A stretch of 62,831 nt of DNA, filler included. It is 4 parts of 4 records of this genome, joined end to end, with 100 filler letters (N's around TTAATTAATTAA, not from the genome) between each part and the next. Parts side by side here need not be neighbours in the genome. Positions count along the whole stretch, not along the records: positions 1 to 28,179 come from SRR31156797_4766; positions 28,280 to 47,572 come from SRR31156797_4778; 2 more parts are not named here. The stretch is one strand, 5' to 3'. Shown piece by piece: positions 26,852 through 36,856 of the stretch. A program made the position numbers and the translations under genes. The notes beneath the pieces were generated by a model. The model worked only from the letters and a program-made list of their open reading frames with translations. It was not told where the DNA came from and searched no databases. Within the stretch, counting starts at the first letter, position 1. Every line of letters starts with the position of its first letter.

Positions 26852-28119
26852 AATTTCACCAACTACAAGTTCTTGCGTTTATTCTCATACTGCTTGCAGG
26901 CTGCGCCAAATCCCCCACACCCGACAATCCAATCACTTTAACCGTGTACGGGGATGTAAACCGTGTTTTTGAAAAAAACAGTACCGAAATAGGTTCCATC
27001 AATGATTTCATGGAAATCCATCCGGAAATCGAAGTTAAGGTTATCCCGGAATACAGTGAATGGACCATCCACAAAGAAGCCTTACGCACGTTACGTGATC
27101 CAGAAGCAGAACAGCCGGACGTTATTGAAATGCCCGGAAGCTGGGCCGCTGCTTTCGCGCAAGAAGGACTGCTTCTGCCCATCGGTAAGTGGTACGATAA
27201 CCTGCCGCGCCGGGAAAAAATGGATTTTCTGGAACCTGCAGTCATTGGCTATAAATTCGGTGACGAATTATACGGCTTGCCCGCACTGATCGGAGTGCAA
27301 TATCTTTATGGACGCAAAGACCTGCTCCCGGAATCCGGTCTTCCCCAAACCCTCGAAGAACTGGTGGCAGCCACCCGTTACATAAAAAAAGAACATAACA
27401 TCCAAGGATTGATCTTTCCTTCCAAGGGGATGAATCTCTACAAATTTTATTATACCCTGCTTCAAATCGTTCTGGACGGTCAGGAAGAGGAAGACCGCCT
27501 TGCCGCCCACATCGCAGCCTACAAAACCTTCAAAATTCTGGTGCAGGAAAATCAGCCGGACTATGAAAAATTCGACCATGTTGTTGCTGAAGGCGAATTC
27601 CGTTCCGGGCGAGCAGGCATGTCCATCAACGGCAATTACGTCTGGTATCTGCTTAGTCTTTCCAAAGGAGTAGGTTTCCCGGTGCACCCGGAACATGTGA
27701 CAGTAGGCTTCCTGCCCATGCTGGGACATGAAGCGCACCGGGTCAATCATATATGGACCCGTGGCTACGCCATCAACAAACACACCAAACATCCACAGCA
27801 GGCTCTTGAACTACTCCATCACCTGACCTCAGAGCGGGCCGACTTCATGCGCCTCAAAAACAAATACATCCTGCCCGCGCGCAGGTCTGCCGAGCAATAC
27901 GGAGAGACCCTACCCGGCATGGCACCGAAGCCAGCCCGGGCACTTTACGCCCGCAGCAAAGGAGACCCCGGTGCGCTGGAACTGAACGAATCCCCGGATA
28001 ACTGGTATGATACTGCCAGCAAAATGCTGGAGCTACTCAAAGAAGCACTAAAAACAGACATGGAAACGCTAAAGTTTGCACGCAAAATGCTGGAGACAGA
28101 GAAAGGAATTATGAACTAG
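26848..28119 (+). CDS. Extracellular solute-binding lipoprotein (carbohydrate ABC family 1-like)
   Basis: Lipobox 'LLAGC', plus 'PDVI', 'LYGLP', 'LYGRKDL' and 'PQTLEEL'. Confidence 0.75.
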   Translation: MKFHQLQVLAFILILLAGCAKSPTPDNPITLTVYGDVNRVFEKNSTEIGSINDFMEIHPEIEVKVIPEYSEWTIHKEALRTLRDPEAEQPDVIEMPGSWAAAFAQEGLLLPIGKWYDNLPRREKMDFLEPAVIGYKFGDELYGLPALIGVQYLYGRKDLLPESGLPQTLEELVAATRYIKKEHNIQGLIFPSKGMNLYKFYYTLLQIVLDGQEEEDRLAAHIAAYKTFKILVQENQPDYEKFDHVVAEGEFRSGRAGMSINGNYVWYLLSLSKGVGFPVHPEHVTVGFLPMLGHEAHRVNHIWTRGYAINKHTKHPQQALELLHHLTSERADFMRLKNKYILPARRSAEQYGETLPGMAPKPARALYARSKGDPGALELNESPDNWYDTASKMLELLKEALKTDMETLKFARKMLETEKGIMN

Positions 28120-28140
28120 CACAAACAGACCAAACAAAGC

Positions 28141-28179
28141 GGCGAAGCCCTATTAAAAGTTTTTGGGATTCTTAAACCC
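28141..28179 (+). repeat. REP-like repeat truncated at contig end
   Basis: GGCGAAGCCCTATTAAAAGTTTTTGGGATTCTTAAACCC, related to 23502-23537 and loosely to 1-38. Confidence 0.55.
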
Positions 28180-28279
28180 NNNNNNNNNNNNNNNNNNNNN
28201 NNNNNNNNNNNNNNNNNNNNNNNTTAATTAATTAANNNNNNNNNNNNNNNNNNNNNNNNNNNNNNNNNNNNNNNNNNNN
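28180..28279. other. Artificial contig linker
   Basis: N-run with TTAATTAATTAA (stops in all six frames). Confidence 0.97.
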
Positions 28280-29216
28280 CTATATGATTTCCATGGGCAA
28301 CCAGACCGATCTTACCTTGGGAGACATGCTCCATTATTTCAAGGATTCTTCAGCAGTTGATGTTATTGCAGTGTATGCAGAAGGGTTTAACGATATGGAC
28401 GGACTAGCCTTTTGCGAGGCCGTACGCAGTGCGGTTTTTTCCGGTAAAATGGTGATTTTTTATAAGGCCGGTCGAACCCCGGAAGGAAAGGCCGCTACCA
28501 GCGGTCATACTGCATCGCTTGCCGGTGATTACATGGTCTGTGAGAGCTGTGTTCGGCAGGCTGGGGCAATTGTTGCGAGAACCTTTTCCGAATTTCAGGA
28601 TCTCTTTTTTCTGGCAGAGCGACTGCACGGCTGCAGAATCCATGGGAACCGTTTGGCCGCAGTCAGTGGTGCCGGGTTTGAGGCCGTAGGAATGGCTGAT
28701 TCCCTGACCTCTGATGATTTTCATATGCAGCTTGCCGATTTTAGTGATCAATCGGTCAAAGGGGTGCAGGCTCTGCTTAAGGCGAAACATCTAGATTCCC
28801 TTGTGAGTGTTGTTAATCCCTTGGATATTAACCCCACGGCTGATGATGAGGTCCATGCCGGAGTAGCCGAAATTTTGCTTGAAGACCCCAATGTTGATGC
28901 ACTGGTGATTAGCTTGGATCCTCTCTCACCTGCCATGAGGACCCTTCAGGATCCTGAGGATATCAATTACGACATGAATGCCAACGGCAGCATCAAGAAC
29001 AGGCTGGTAGCACTTTGTGAAAAAGCAGACAAACCTATCGTCACTGTTGTCGACGGAGGGGCATTGTATCAGCCATTGCGACAGGCACTTATTGATGTCA
29101 ATATTCCGGTTTTTGCTGTTTGTGACAGGGCTGTCAATGCTTTATCGTTGTATATGCAGGGAAGACTGGCAGCAGACTCCATCTGTGCTGCCAAGGGGAT
29201 CGATGCATGGCATTGA
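28280..29216 (+). CDS. ADP-forming acyl-CoA synthetase, 5'-truncated
   Basis: 'SMGNQTD' and 'KAGRT...SGHTASLAG' (phospho-His). Starts at the contig edge. Confidence 0.8.
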
Positions 29217-29318
29217 TTAAATACTGAGAGGCCAGGAGCCAATCTCCAGGCCGAGGTGTCCAAGGTGAGTTGTCTCTACAGCTACACTATTTTTCTATTA
29301 TGCACATAAATTGCTTCT

Positions 29319-31715
29319 ATGAATATACATGACCGTCTTCTTCAAATTCAGACCAGTGTGGATTGTAACCAGCTTGAGCAGATTCTGGCACGCGCGGCAG
29401 ACGCTGGGAGAAACTCGCTTTTCGAACATGAAGCCTATGCATTTTTAACCGCTTTAGGATCGGAAACCGTTCCTCGCTGCACCTTGTTGCCGGCAGGTGG
29501 AAAACCTGGAGACGATCAATTGCAGCAGTACCCGGGTGCCTCAGTGGTTATGAAAATAGTGTCTCCTACCATCGTCCATAAAACCGAGGTGGGAGGGGTC
29601 CGAATTGTAGCCAATGATCCTGATACTATTCGTTCAACCTGGCGTCGAATGCTCTATGAAGTGCCTGAAAAAAATATGAGGCTCATGGAAAGCGGCGAGG
29701 TGCCGGTTCCTATTTCCTATGAAGGACTGCATGGAGAAGCACTTTTAGAGGCGATTACCATTGATATCCAGGGGGTATTACTCATAGAGTTCATGCCGCC
29801 GGACTCAGAGGCCTTTGGCAATGAATTAATTGTCGGCCTTCGCAATACCAGGGAGTTCGGGATGATGCTTAGTGCCGGACTGGGTGGAACGGACACTGAA
29901 TTGTACGCCACTTTCTTCCGCAAGAACAAAGCCATTGTGACCGCTGCCACGCATACTATTAGCGGAGTTGAATTTTTTAAGCTGTTCAGGCAAACGGTCT
30001 CCTACCAGAAGCTGATCGGGCTAACTCGGGGCCAGAAGCGTATTGTCACCGACGAGCAGCTTGTAGAATGTTTTTCAGCTATGATAGAGGTGGGTAATCA
30101 TTTCTCATCAGCCAACGCAGAGGCTCTGTTTCACATTAGTGAATTTGAAGTCAACCCCTTTGCCTTTACTGATTTTCGTATGGTTCCTTTAGATGGCCTG
30201 CTTAATTTCAACCTGCCTGAGCAGGCAGCTCCAGAGCGGCCCGTAGAAAAAATTAATAATCTTTTGCACCCTGAATCTATAGGTATCATAGGGGTTTCTT
30301 CAAGACGGGTGAATTTTGGCAAGGTGATCCTGCGTAATATCGTGCAGGCTCGGTTTGACCCACAGCAACTGCTCATCATTCAACCCGATGAACAGAGTAT
30401 TGACAATATACGCTGTATACCTGGTTTTTCAGCGCTGGAGACGCCTCTTGATTTACTGGTGGTGGCCATTGGTTCTGAACATGTTCCGGACTTAATCGAT
30501 ACGGTTATTGAAACGAATTGTGCCAAGAGCGTATTGCTGATTCCAGGTGGGATAGGTGAGACGGAAGCGAGTAAAGAGCGCGCTGGAAATTTGCGTCTGG
30601 CTATCCATGCCTCGCGAAAGACCACGTCAAAGGGGCCAATTATCCTTGGGGCAAATTCCATGGGCGTTATATCCCATCCAGGGAGTTATGATGCCTGGTT
30701 TTTACCTGAAGATAAGCTTGCAAAACAAAAGGAGGGCGGTCGGCAGCGTATAGCTTTTATAAGCCAGAGCGGAGCCTTTATGGGAACCAGGATGAGCCGT
30801 TTCCCCGATTTAAACCCTCAATACCTCGTCTCTATCGGCAATCAGACCGATCTTACTCTAGGCGACTTTATGGAGTATTTCAGCCGGGCTGATAATATTG
30901 ATGTGATCGGTGTGTATGCAGAAGGGTTCAATGATTTGGATGGGGATGTTTTTTCCAGGGCAGTCCGTGGGGCTGTTAAAGCGGGGAAGGATGTTGTTTT
31001 TTATAAAGCAGGAAGGACTCCAGAAGGACAGTTGGCAACATCCGGCCATACTGCCTCTCTTGCAGGTGATTACGTGGTTTGTGAGGCCTGTTTGCGTCAG
31101 GCAGGCGCTGTTGTTGCACAGACCATAGATCAGTTTGCCGATTTGCTGAACCTGGCAGCACAGCTCAACGGGGTCAGGGTGCCGGGAAAACGAATTGCAG
31201 GTTTTTCCAGTGCAGGATTTGAAGCGGTGGGCCTGGCCGACTATATTCATACAGACGATTATTCCATGGAGCTGGCAGCGTTTTCAGAGGAAACGGTGAC
31301 AATGCTCAGTGCGTTGATGAAGGAAAATCGGCTTGATAAACTGGTGACAGTGCAGAATCCACTGGACATCAATCCTGGGGCAGACGACAGGGTCTTTGCT
31401 GAGGTTGTTCGGATTTTGGCTGAGGATGATGCTGTGGACGGAGTTATCGCAGGCCTTATTCCCATTACCCCAGCCATGCATTCCCTGTCAGACGGTAGTG
31501 ACGCCTACAGGCAGGGAATCTATCATCACATCAGTACCCTTAAGGACGGTCTGCAAAAACCTCTGGTGCTGGTTGTTGATGGTGGCAGTGTTTTTAATCC
31601 CTTTGTAGAGGATCTGGAAGCTTTAGGGTATCCTGTTTTTCGCAGTATTGACCGAGCTGTTATGGCATTGGCTCTGTATGTGGAAGCCAGGCTTGACAGG
31701 AGTAGCAGTTGTTAA
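29319..31715 (+). CDS. ADP-forming acyl-CoA synthetase (ATP-grasp N-terminal, CoA-binding/ligase C-terminal)
   Basis: 'KIVSPTIVHKTEVGGV', 'EVNP', 'ILGANSMG', 'ISQSG' and 'GHTASLAG'. Confidence 0.85.
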   Translation: MNIHDRLLQIQTSVDCNQLEQILARAADAGRNSLFEHEAYAFLTALGSETVPRCTLLPAGGKPGDDQLQQYPGASVVMKIVSPTIVHKTEVGGVRIVANDPDTIRSTWRRMLYEVPEKNMRLMESGEVPVPISYEGLHGEALLEAITIDIQGVLLIEFMPPDSEAFGNELIVGLRNTREFGMMLSAGLGGTDTELYATFFRKNKAIVTAATHTISGVEFFKLFRQTVSYQKLIGLTRGQKRIVTDEQLVECFSAMIEVGNHFSSANAEALFHISEFEVNPFAFTDFRMVPLDGLLNFNLPEQAAPERPVEKINNLLHPESIGIIGVSSRRVNFGKVILRNIVQARFDPQQLLIIQPDEQSIDNIRCIPGFSALETPLDLLVVAIGSEHVPDLIDTVIETNCAKSVLLIPGGIGETEASKERAGNLRLAIHASRKTTSKGPIILGANSMGVISHPGSYDAWFLPEDKLAKQKEGGRQRIAFISQSGAFMGTRMSRFPDLNPQYLVSIGNQTDLTLGDFMEYFSRADNIDVIGVYAEGFNDLDGDVFSRAVRGAVKAGKDVVFYKAGRTPEGQLATSGHTASLAGDYVVCEACLRQAGAVVAQTIDQFADLLNLAAQLNGVRVPGKRIAGFSSAGFEAVGLADYIHTDDYSMELAAFSEETVTMLSALMKENRLDKLVTVQNPLDINPGADDRVFAEVVRILAEDDAVDGVIAGLIPITPAMHSLSDGSDAYRQGIYHHISTLKDGLQKPLVLVVDGGSVFNPFVEDLEALGYPVFRSIDRAVMALALYVEARLDRSSSC

Positions 31716-31746
31716 AACTCTAGCTGTAGGCGAAAAGGTGAGCTTA

Positions 31747-33672
31747 TTATGCTTTACGGAGTACCCGCTTGTCACCCACCCGGATGGTGAGTTTGATTTT
31801 GTCAAAGTATTCGAGCAGGGGAATGGAGAATTTACGTGTTAATCCTGTGAACTGCTTAAAGCGCGGTGCATCAATTTCACCTTCTTTTCGTATATAGTCT
31901 GCAAGCTCCAGGCCTAGTTTTTCCACAGCATCAGAACTGAAAAATAATGACTCGTTCACTTTAATAAGTTTCTGCTGCTCAAGCAGGAGGTCAAAAACCT
32001 GCATAATCTGTTGAGAGGGGAACTCATCAAATGTTGCCAGCACATCTTTGAGGATGGGCGGGGTCAGGCCCGATTTTTGATAGAGTGAGCCAATTTTTTG
32101 CTGCATTTCCTGTTCGTCAATCTGCAGGGTTACGGTGTGTCCCGCCAGCTTGATCTCGGCTCCTGCCTGTTCAATTTCCCATTTGCGAGTCATGCTGGTC
32201 AGTGCATATTGGAGAAATTTTGCATCAACTGGTGGCTTTAGCTGGGAACGCAGTTCTTCCTTGGAAAGCCCTGACTTGAGTGGGTTTTCCAGGTGGTAGT
32301 GTTTGAGGAAATTAATTATTTGCTGCTTGAGCTGGGCAAAAACAGGCGCAGAGATCAGGCGTTGGGTTTCTGACTCGACCACCATAACCTGGCCACTGCT
32401 TGTGGGTTGCTGGATTAATTTTTTAAACTTTTTACCAAAAACACCTAGCCGAACAGCTAAGGTTTCAGCCGTAATCCCAGCGCGTCCGCTTTCATCAAGA
32501 AAAAGCAGCATTCTCGCCACATCATCACTGCTATTCATTATGGAAAAGGCCTGCTGGTTATATTCCCTGTGCTTATCTCCGCTTCGTTTTCGTTTGCGTG
32601 GGGCAGAGTTGAGGATAGAACCGCCACCAATAGTGGTTATGGGAGAATAGCTCCTTATCACAAAGGTGTCACCAGGCCAGACGGCCACTGGTTCCTGCAA
32701 GATAAGTTGTACATTAGCATCAGAACCTGGAGAGAGACGATCTTCATCAAGCAGCAGGACTCTGCCGATGATTTCTCTAGTGCCAACATGTACCCGAACC
32801 TGGGCTCGGTTTTTTAACTCTTTGCTCAGCGATGCCAAATAATGAAGTTTTACGTCGAGTAGGGTCGAGTCTGCCAGGGAACCTGGTGTTGCAGCGACAT
32901 CTCCCCGGTTTATCTGTTCCTTTTCTATCCCCTGGAGATTGATCGCCGTTCTATGACCGGCTTCAACCAGTTCGACTTCCTCTCCATGGACCTGGATGCC
33001 GCGTATTTTGGCATTGAGTCCGCCCGGATAAAACATGATTTCGTCCCCAAGACTCACTCTTCCGGAAAGAGAGGTACCGGTGATGACCGTGCCAAAGCCT
33101 TTCATACTGAAAACACGGTCAACTGGCATTCTGAAAGGCCCGAATTCTTCTTGGAAATCAATGGCACGAACGTTTTCATCGAGTAATGCAATTACATCAT
33201 TTATTCCGTCACCGGTAATCGAGGAAACCGGTACGATCGGTGCTTCCTCAAGGAAGCTGTCGACAAAAAAATCACGTACTTCTTCCTCAACCATTTCCAG
33301 CCAGTCCGGCTCCACCATATCTTTTTTAGTGAGTATGATGATCCCGTTACGGACTCCAAGAAGTCTGCAAATGTCGAAATGCTCTTTGGTCTGCGGCATA
33401 ATCCCTTCATCAGCAGCAATGATAAAGGCGACCATGTCCATCCCGGCTGCACCGGCTACCATATTGCGGATGAATTTTTCGTGACCAGGAACATCAACAA
33501 TACCCAGTCGGTGACCGCAGGGAAGATCAAGATGGGCAAAACCAAGCTCTATGGTTATGCCGCGTTGTTTTTCTTCTTTGAGTCGGTCTGTATCCGTTCC
33601 GGTGAGCGCCTTGATAAGGCTTGTCTTACCATGGTCAACATGTCCGGCTGTTCCGAGTACGATTTCGCGCAT
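31747..33672 (-). CDS. selB: Selenocysteine-specific elongation factor
   Basis: '[11 protein letters not shown]', 'RGITIELGF', 'DVPGHEKF' and the C-terminal winged helix '[13 protein letters not shown]'. Confidence 0.96.
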   Translation of the reverse strand: MREIVLGTAGHVDHGKTSLIKALTGTDTDRLKEEKQRGITIELGFAHLDLPCGHRLGIVDVPGHEKFIRNMVAGAAGMDMVAFIIAADEGIMPQTKEHFDICRLLGVRNGIIILTKKDMVEPDWLEMVEEEVRDFFVDSFLEEAPIVPVSSITGDGINDVIALLDENVRAIDFQEEFGPFRMPVDRVFSMKGFGTVITGTSLSGRVSLGDEIMFYPGGLNAKIRGIQVHGEEVELVEAGHRTAINLQGIEKEQINRGDVAATPGSLADSTLLDVKLHYLASLSKELKNRAQVRVHVGTREIIGRVLLLDEDRLSPGSDANVQLILQEPVAVWPGDTFVIRSYSPITTIGGGSILNSAPRKRKRSGDKHREYNQQAFSIMNSSDDVARMLLFLDESGRAGITAETLAVRLGVFGKKFKKLIQQPTSSGQVMVVESETQRLISAPVFAQLKQQIINFLKHYHLENPLKSGLSKEELRSQLKPPVDAKFLQYALTSMTRKWEIEQAGAEIKLAGHTVTLQIDEQEMQQKIGSLYQKSGLTPPILKDVLATFDEFPSQQIMQVFDLLLEQQKLIKVNESLFFSSDAVEKLGLELADYIRKEGEIDAPRFKQFTGLTRKFSIPLLEYFDKIKLTIRVGDKRVLRKA

Positions 33673-33717
33673 AGTTTTTAAGTGGGGCCGTGAGGTTGCT
33701 GGTGTGGTTGGTATAAC

Positions 33718-33895
33718 TAGTGCCGTCCATAAATGGCCTTTTCACTCGATTTCGGCGTTGTGCTCAAAATTTTATCCTCGGAGGTAAGCGAATACTCCGA
33801 TATCAGATATATACCTGTGGTAAAATTAATCGCACGCCTCGGAGTCTACGCTTACCTGAACTTAAGCGAAAAACCTCATTTATGGACAGAAACTA
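33718..33895. mobile_element. MITE/REP-like element with nested inverted repeats
   Basis: Terminal TAGT..GTCCATAAATG / CATTTATGGAC..ACTA and internal GGTAAGCGAATACTCCGA / TCGGAGTCTACGCTTACC. A related sequence starts at 47530. Confidence 0.65.
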
Positions 33896-33950
33896 ACTAA
33901 GTGTCAGGCAGCTGAGTCGTAACAAAAAGTGGTGAGGACTTTTGGTTAAG

Positions 33951-33980
33951 GAAAAAACGTCCCGTATAAGGGACGTTTTC
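33951..33980 (-). terminator. Terminator after MBL hydrolase
   Basis: AAAACGTCCC-GTATAA-GGGACGTTTT stem with a T-tract on the minus strand. Confidence 0.65.
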
Positions 33981-34035
33981 TACAGCTGCAGAGTAACATA
34001 ACAGAAGTGTGAAATTGAAAGAGGATTCTGCTGCG

Positions 34036-34662
34036 TTAGAAGTACGGGTTGGAACGCGATTCCTTTTCAATGGTTGACTTGGACCCACCATATCCGTGGC
34101 CAGGCCATACAATGGTTTCAGGAGGCAGAGTCAGCAGTCTGCTTTTTATGGACTTGCTCAGCTCGGACATGGAACAGCGTGGAAAATCTGTACGTCCGAC
34201 CCCACCAACAAAAAGGGTGTCTCCGGTAAAGAGGTGGGGCGCACTATAGAGGCAGACCCCTCCAGGAGAGTGCCCCGGGGTATGGATGACTTCAAACTCT
34301 TCTTCACCGATTAGTATTTTTTCGCCATCAGCGATGAGAACATCTGCCGGCGGTGATTCAGGCAGTCCCAGAGAGGAAAAATGTCGTTTAATACTTGGTT
34401 CGGCAAAGTATTCAACATCTGCAGCGTGCATAAGAATTTGTGCACCGGTTGCTTCTTTAATAGGCCCGTTGCCACATACATGGTCTGGATGACCATGGGT
34501 GTTGATGATGTATTTTACCTGCAGGTCGTTTTGCCGGCAGTAAGCAAGGATACTTTCTTCATCTCCACCAGGGTCAATAATGGCTGCAATTTTTGTATTT
34601 TCACAGGAAACGACATAAGCACAAACACCCATCATGCCCACTGTAAGTTGTTGAACAAGCAT
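34036..34662 (-). CDS. MBL-fold metallo-hydrolase (glyoxalase II/YcbL-like)
   Basis: 'THGHPDH', 'HTPGHSPG', 'FTGDTLF' and 'PGHG'. Confidence 0.9.
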   Translation of the reverse strand: MLVQQLTVGMMGVCAYVVSCENTKIAAIIDPGGDEESILAYCRQNDLQVKYIINTHGHPDHVCGNGPIKEATGAQILMHAADVEYFAEPSIKRHFSSLGLPESPPADVLIADGEKILIGEEEFEVIHTPGHSPGGVCLYSAPHLFTGDTLFVGGVGRTDFPRCSMSELSKSIKSRLLTLPPETIVWPGHGYGGSKSTIEKESRSNPYF

Positions 34663-34687
34663 AAACAAAGGCTCCCTAAAAAGTAAG

Positions 34688-34722
34688 CCCGCAGCCTGAA
34701 GGAAACAGGCTGCGGGAAAAAA
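34688..34722 (-). terminator. Terminator after mrp
   Basis: Perfect stem CCCGCAGCCTG-AAGGAAA-CAGGCTGCGGG. Confidence 0.6.
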
Positions 34723-34727
34723 GAAAA

Positions 34728-35669
34728 TTAACTACAGCCACCGCCGCCGCAGGCACAACCACTACCGGCTTCAACAGTGTTGAGCGTTACTGAACCGGTG
34801 GGGGGCAGTCTTGTCTCAACGGCTGCCACAACTTTGCCAAAGGCTTGGGTTGCAGGAGTATCCTGGTCAGAGGACAGGTAAGGCGTGCCTTTATCACCGG
34901 CAACAACAACACGTGGATCCATTGGGACCCTGCCAAGAAAAGCAAGGTCAAAGTCACGTGCAGTCTGCTCACCGCCGCCGCTGCTGAAGATATCAACTGT
35001 TTCTTCACAATGCGGGCAGATAAAACCAGACATGTTTTCAACTACACCGACAATCGGCATTTCAACAGTCTTGCAGAAGTTGATGGATTTACGTACATCA
35101 GCAAGTGCAACTTCCTGCGGTGTTGTTACTACCACGGCCTGTACTCCTGGCATGGTTTGAGCAACAGACAGGGGTTCGTCGCCAGTGCCTGGAGGAGCAT
35201 CAACTACAAGATAATCTAATTCTCCCCAAGCCATGTCAGCAACAAATTGACGAATGGCCTGAATTTTTAACGGTCCGCGCCAGATGACAGCTTCGTCGCG
35301 ATCCTTCATCATGTACTCAAGAGAAACAACCTTAAGGTTGTCGTTATAGGTAAGGGGTGGAATCAGATCGTCTGGATTCTCCGGTGCCTCAAGTGAGCCC
35401 TTAAGATCGAGCATTCGGCAGATATCAGGGCCGTGGAGGTCAACGTCCATTAAGCCGACTTTGTGCCCATTGTTTGCCAGGCTCAGCGCAAGGTTGACGG
35501 CAACGGTTGATTTACCTACACCACCTTTCCCGCTCATAACCAGAATTTTGTTTTTAATTTTTCCAAGAGATTTGTTGATGGCGAGATCTTGCTGCGCCAG
35601 GTGTGCATCTGCTGAGTTGCAGCTGCCCCCTTGTTCTGAATCGCAAGATCCGTTGCATGAACTGCTCAT
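34728..35669 (-). CDS. mrp: Mrp/ApbC/NBP35 Fe-S carrier ATPase
   Basis: 'SGKGGVGKS', 'DVDLHGP', 'WRGP', 'DAPPGTGD' and 'ENMSGFICPHC'. Confidence 0.92.
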   Translation of the reverse strand: MSSSCNGSCDSEQGGSCNSADAHLAQQDLAINKSLGKIKNKILVMSGKGGVGKSTVAVNLALSLANNGHKVGLMDVDLHGPDICRMLDLKGSLEAPENPDDLIPPLTYNDNLKVVSLEYMMKDRDEAVIWRGPLKIQAIRQFVADMAWGELDYLVVDAPPGTGDEPLSVAQTMPGVQAVVVTTPQEVALADVRKSINFCKTVEMPIVGVVENMSGFICPHCEETVDIFSSGGGEQTARDFDLAFLGRVPMDPRVVVAGDKGTPYLSSDQDTPATQAFGKVVAAVETRLPPTGSVTLNTVEAGSGCACGGGGCS

Positions 35670-36411
35670 AATTGCCTCCGTTAAAAAAGAATAAATAATG
35701 TGATCAAATGAGGCCGTCAGAAGGTCAGGTCACTACTCCACTTACCCCCGTATCTTTTAGCCGGGTTTAATATAGAGAAGGGTGATTAGATATGGAAAAC
35801 ACCCTTGAAACATGTAAGGCCTAAAACGGGATCACGCCCAAGTCATTCCTGTTGCTATCTGTAATACAGTGTTGGCTGTTACTGAGAACTACCAATGCTG
35901 TTGACAAAATATTTTTCTGCTGTTTAGAGAAAAAAGGCTTGCAGCAAGTGTCTTGATGATCACCTGAAAATAACCGGAAAGTAATCTAATTCCTGTTTAA
36001 TGAAATGCAATGAAAAAAGGAGGGAAAAAAGAGGTCGGTAACTTTTATCGATTATCTTGATTTGTCAGGAAGGCTATAGATGTGAGAAGAACAGAGAGAC
36101 ATGTTGCTTCTATCTCACCGCATACATAGAGAAATAATCCAAGGCTCTGTTGATTATCTTCTGTCTTTTTCTTGATTTATAATTGTCAGAATAGTTATAG
36201 TGCTTATTTATCTTGCATCGCTCAGCCTGACGTTACATGCATATTTTTTCATGTAACGGGAAAGGTATCCCTGCGCGGAGCTTGGCTTTACCTTCCCTGG
36301 TATTTATTTTATCCCAAAAGGGAATGGTTATCATCTTTTAGCTCTTGTGTGAAAGCAATTGATTCTTTCAAAAAAGGGTCGTTGCATCACGCATACAAGA
36401 GGAGGAATACA

Positions 36412-36855
36412 ATGGATCCATTCAGTAAGAAGCTCTTTAAAGAACTGGAGCAGATGCAGCAGCAGACTGGCCGCATGTTGAGGAACATGTCCATAGCGCG
36501 TATGGTGCCCATGGATACGGGTGGATGGGAACCTCCGGTCGATATTTATGAGGCTGAGAATGAGATTTATGTCTATGTGGATATTGCAGGTGTTGATCGA
36601 AAGAATCTCCAGGTCACTGTCGATGAACAGCGATTGCTGATAAGAGGAAATAGACAACTTCCGGCGCAGGAGTCCATTGCTTGTATTCACCAGCTGGAAA
36701 TAGAGTTGGGTGATTTCCAACGGATAGTCGTTCTTCCTTCCATGGTAGACGTAGAAAATACAAGTTCTTCCTATGCAGATGGTCTTTTAGTTGTGAGGCT
36801 TCCTAAGCGAGTCCTAAAGGGAAAAGTCAATATAGAGATACAACCTGGTGAATGA
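36412..36855 (+). CDS. Hsp20/alpha-crystallin small heat-shock protein
   Basis: Start refined to ATG 36412 after GGAGG. 'PPVDIYE', 'GDFQRIVVLP' and 'DGLLVVRLPK'. Confidence 0.88.
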   Translation: MDPFSKKLFKELEQMQQQTGRMLRNMSIARMVPMDTGGWEPPVDIYEAENEIYVYVDIAGVDRKNLQVTVDEQRLLIRGNRQLPAQESIACIHQLEIELGDFQRIVVLPSMVDVENTSSSYADGLLVVRLPKRVLKGKVNIEIQPGE

Positions 36856-36856
36856 T

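Noticed and set aside
28224-28235. TTAATTAATTAA palindrome repeated three times
   Set aside because: It is an artificial six-frame-stop linker flanked by Ns.
36172-36411. Long N-terminal extension of Hsp20 (similarly 8867, 15012, 23415, 51970, 55732)
   Set aside because: Downstream ATGs with clear RBS give normal-length proteins; the extensions are ORF-caller artefacts.
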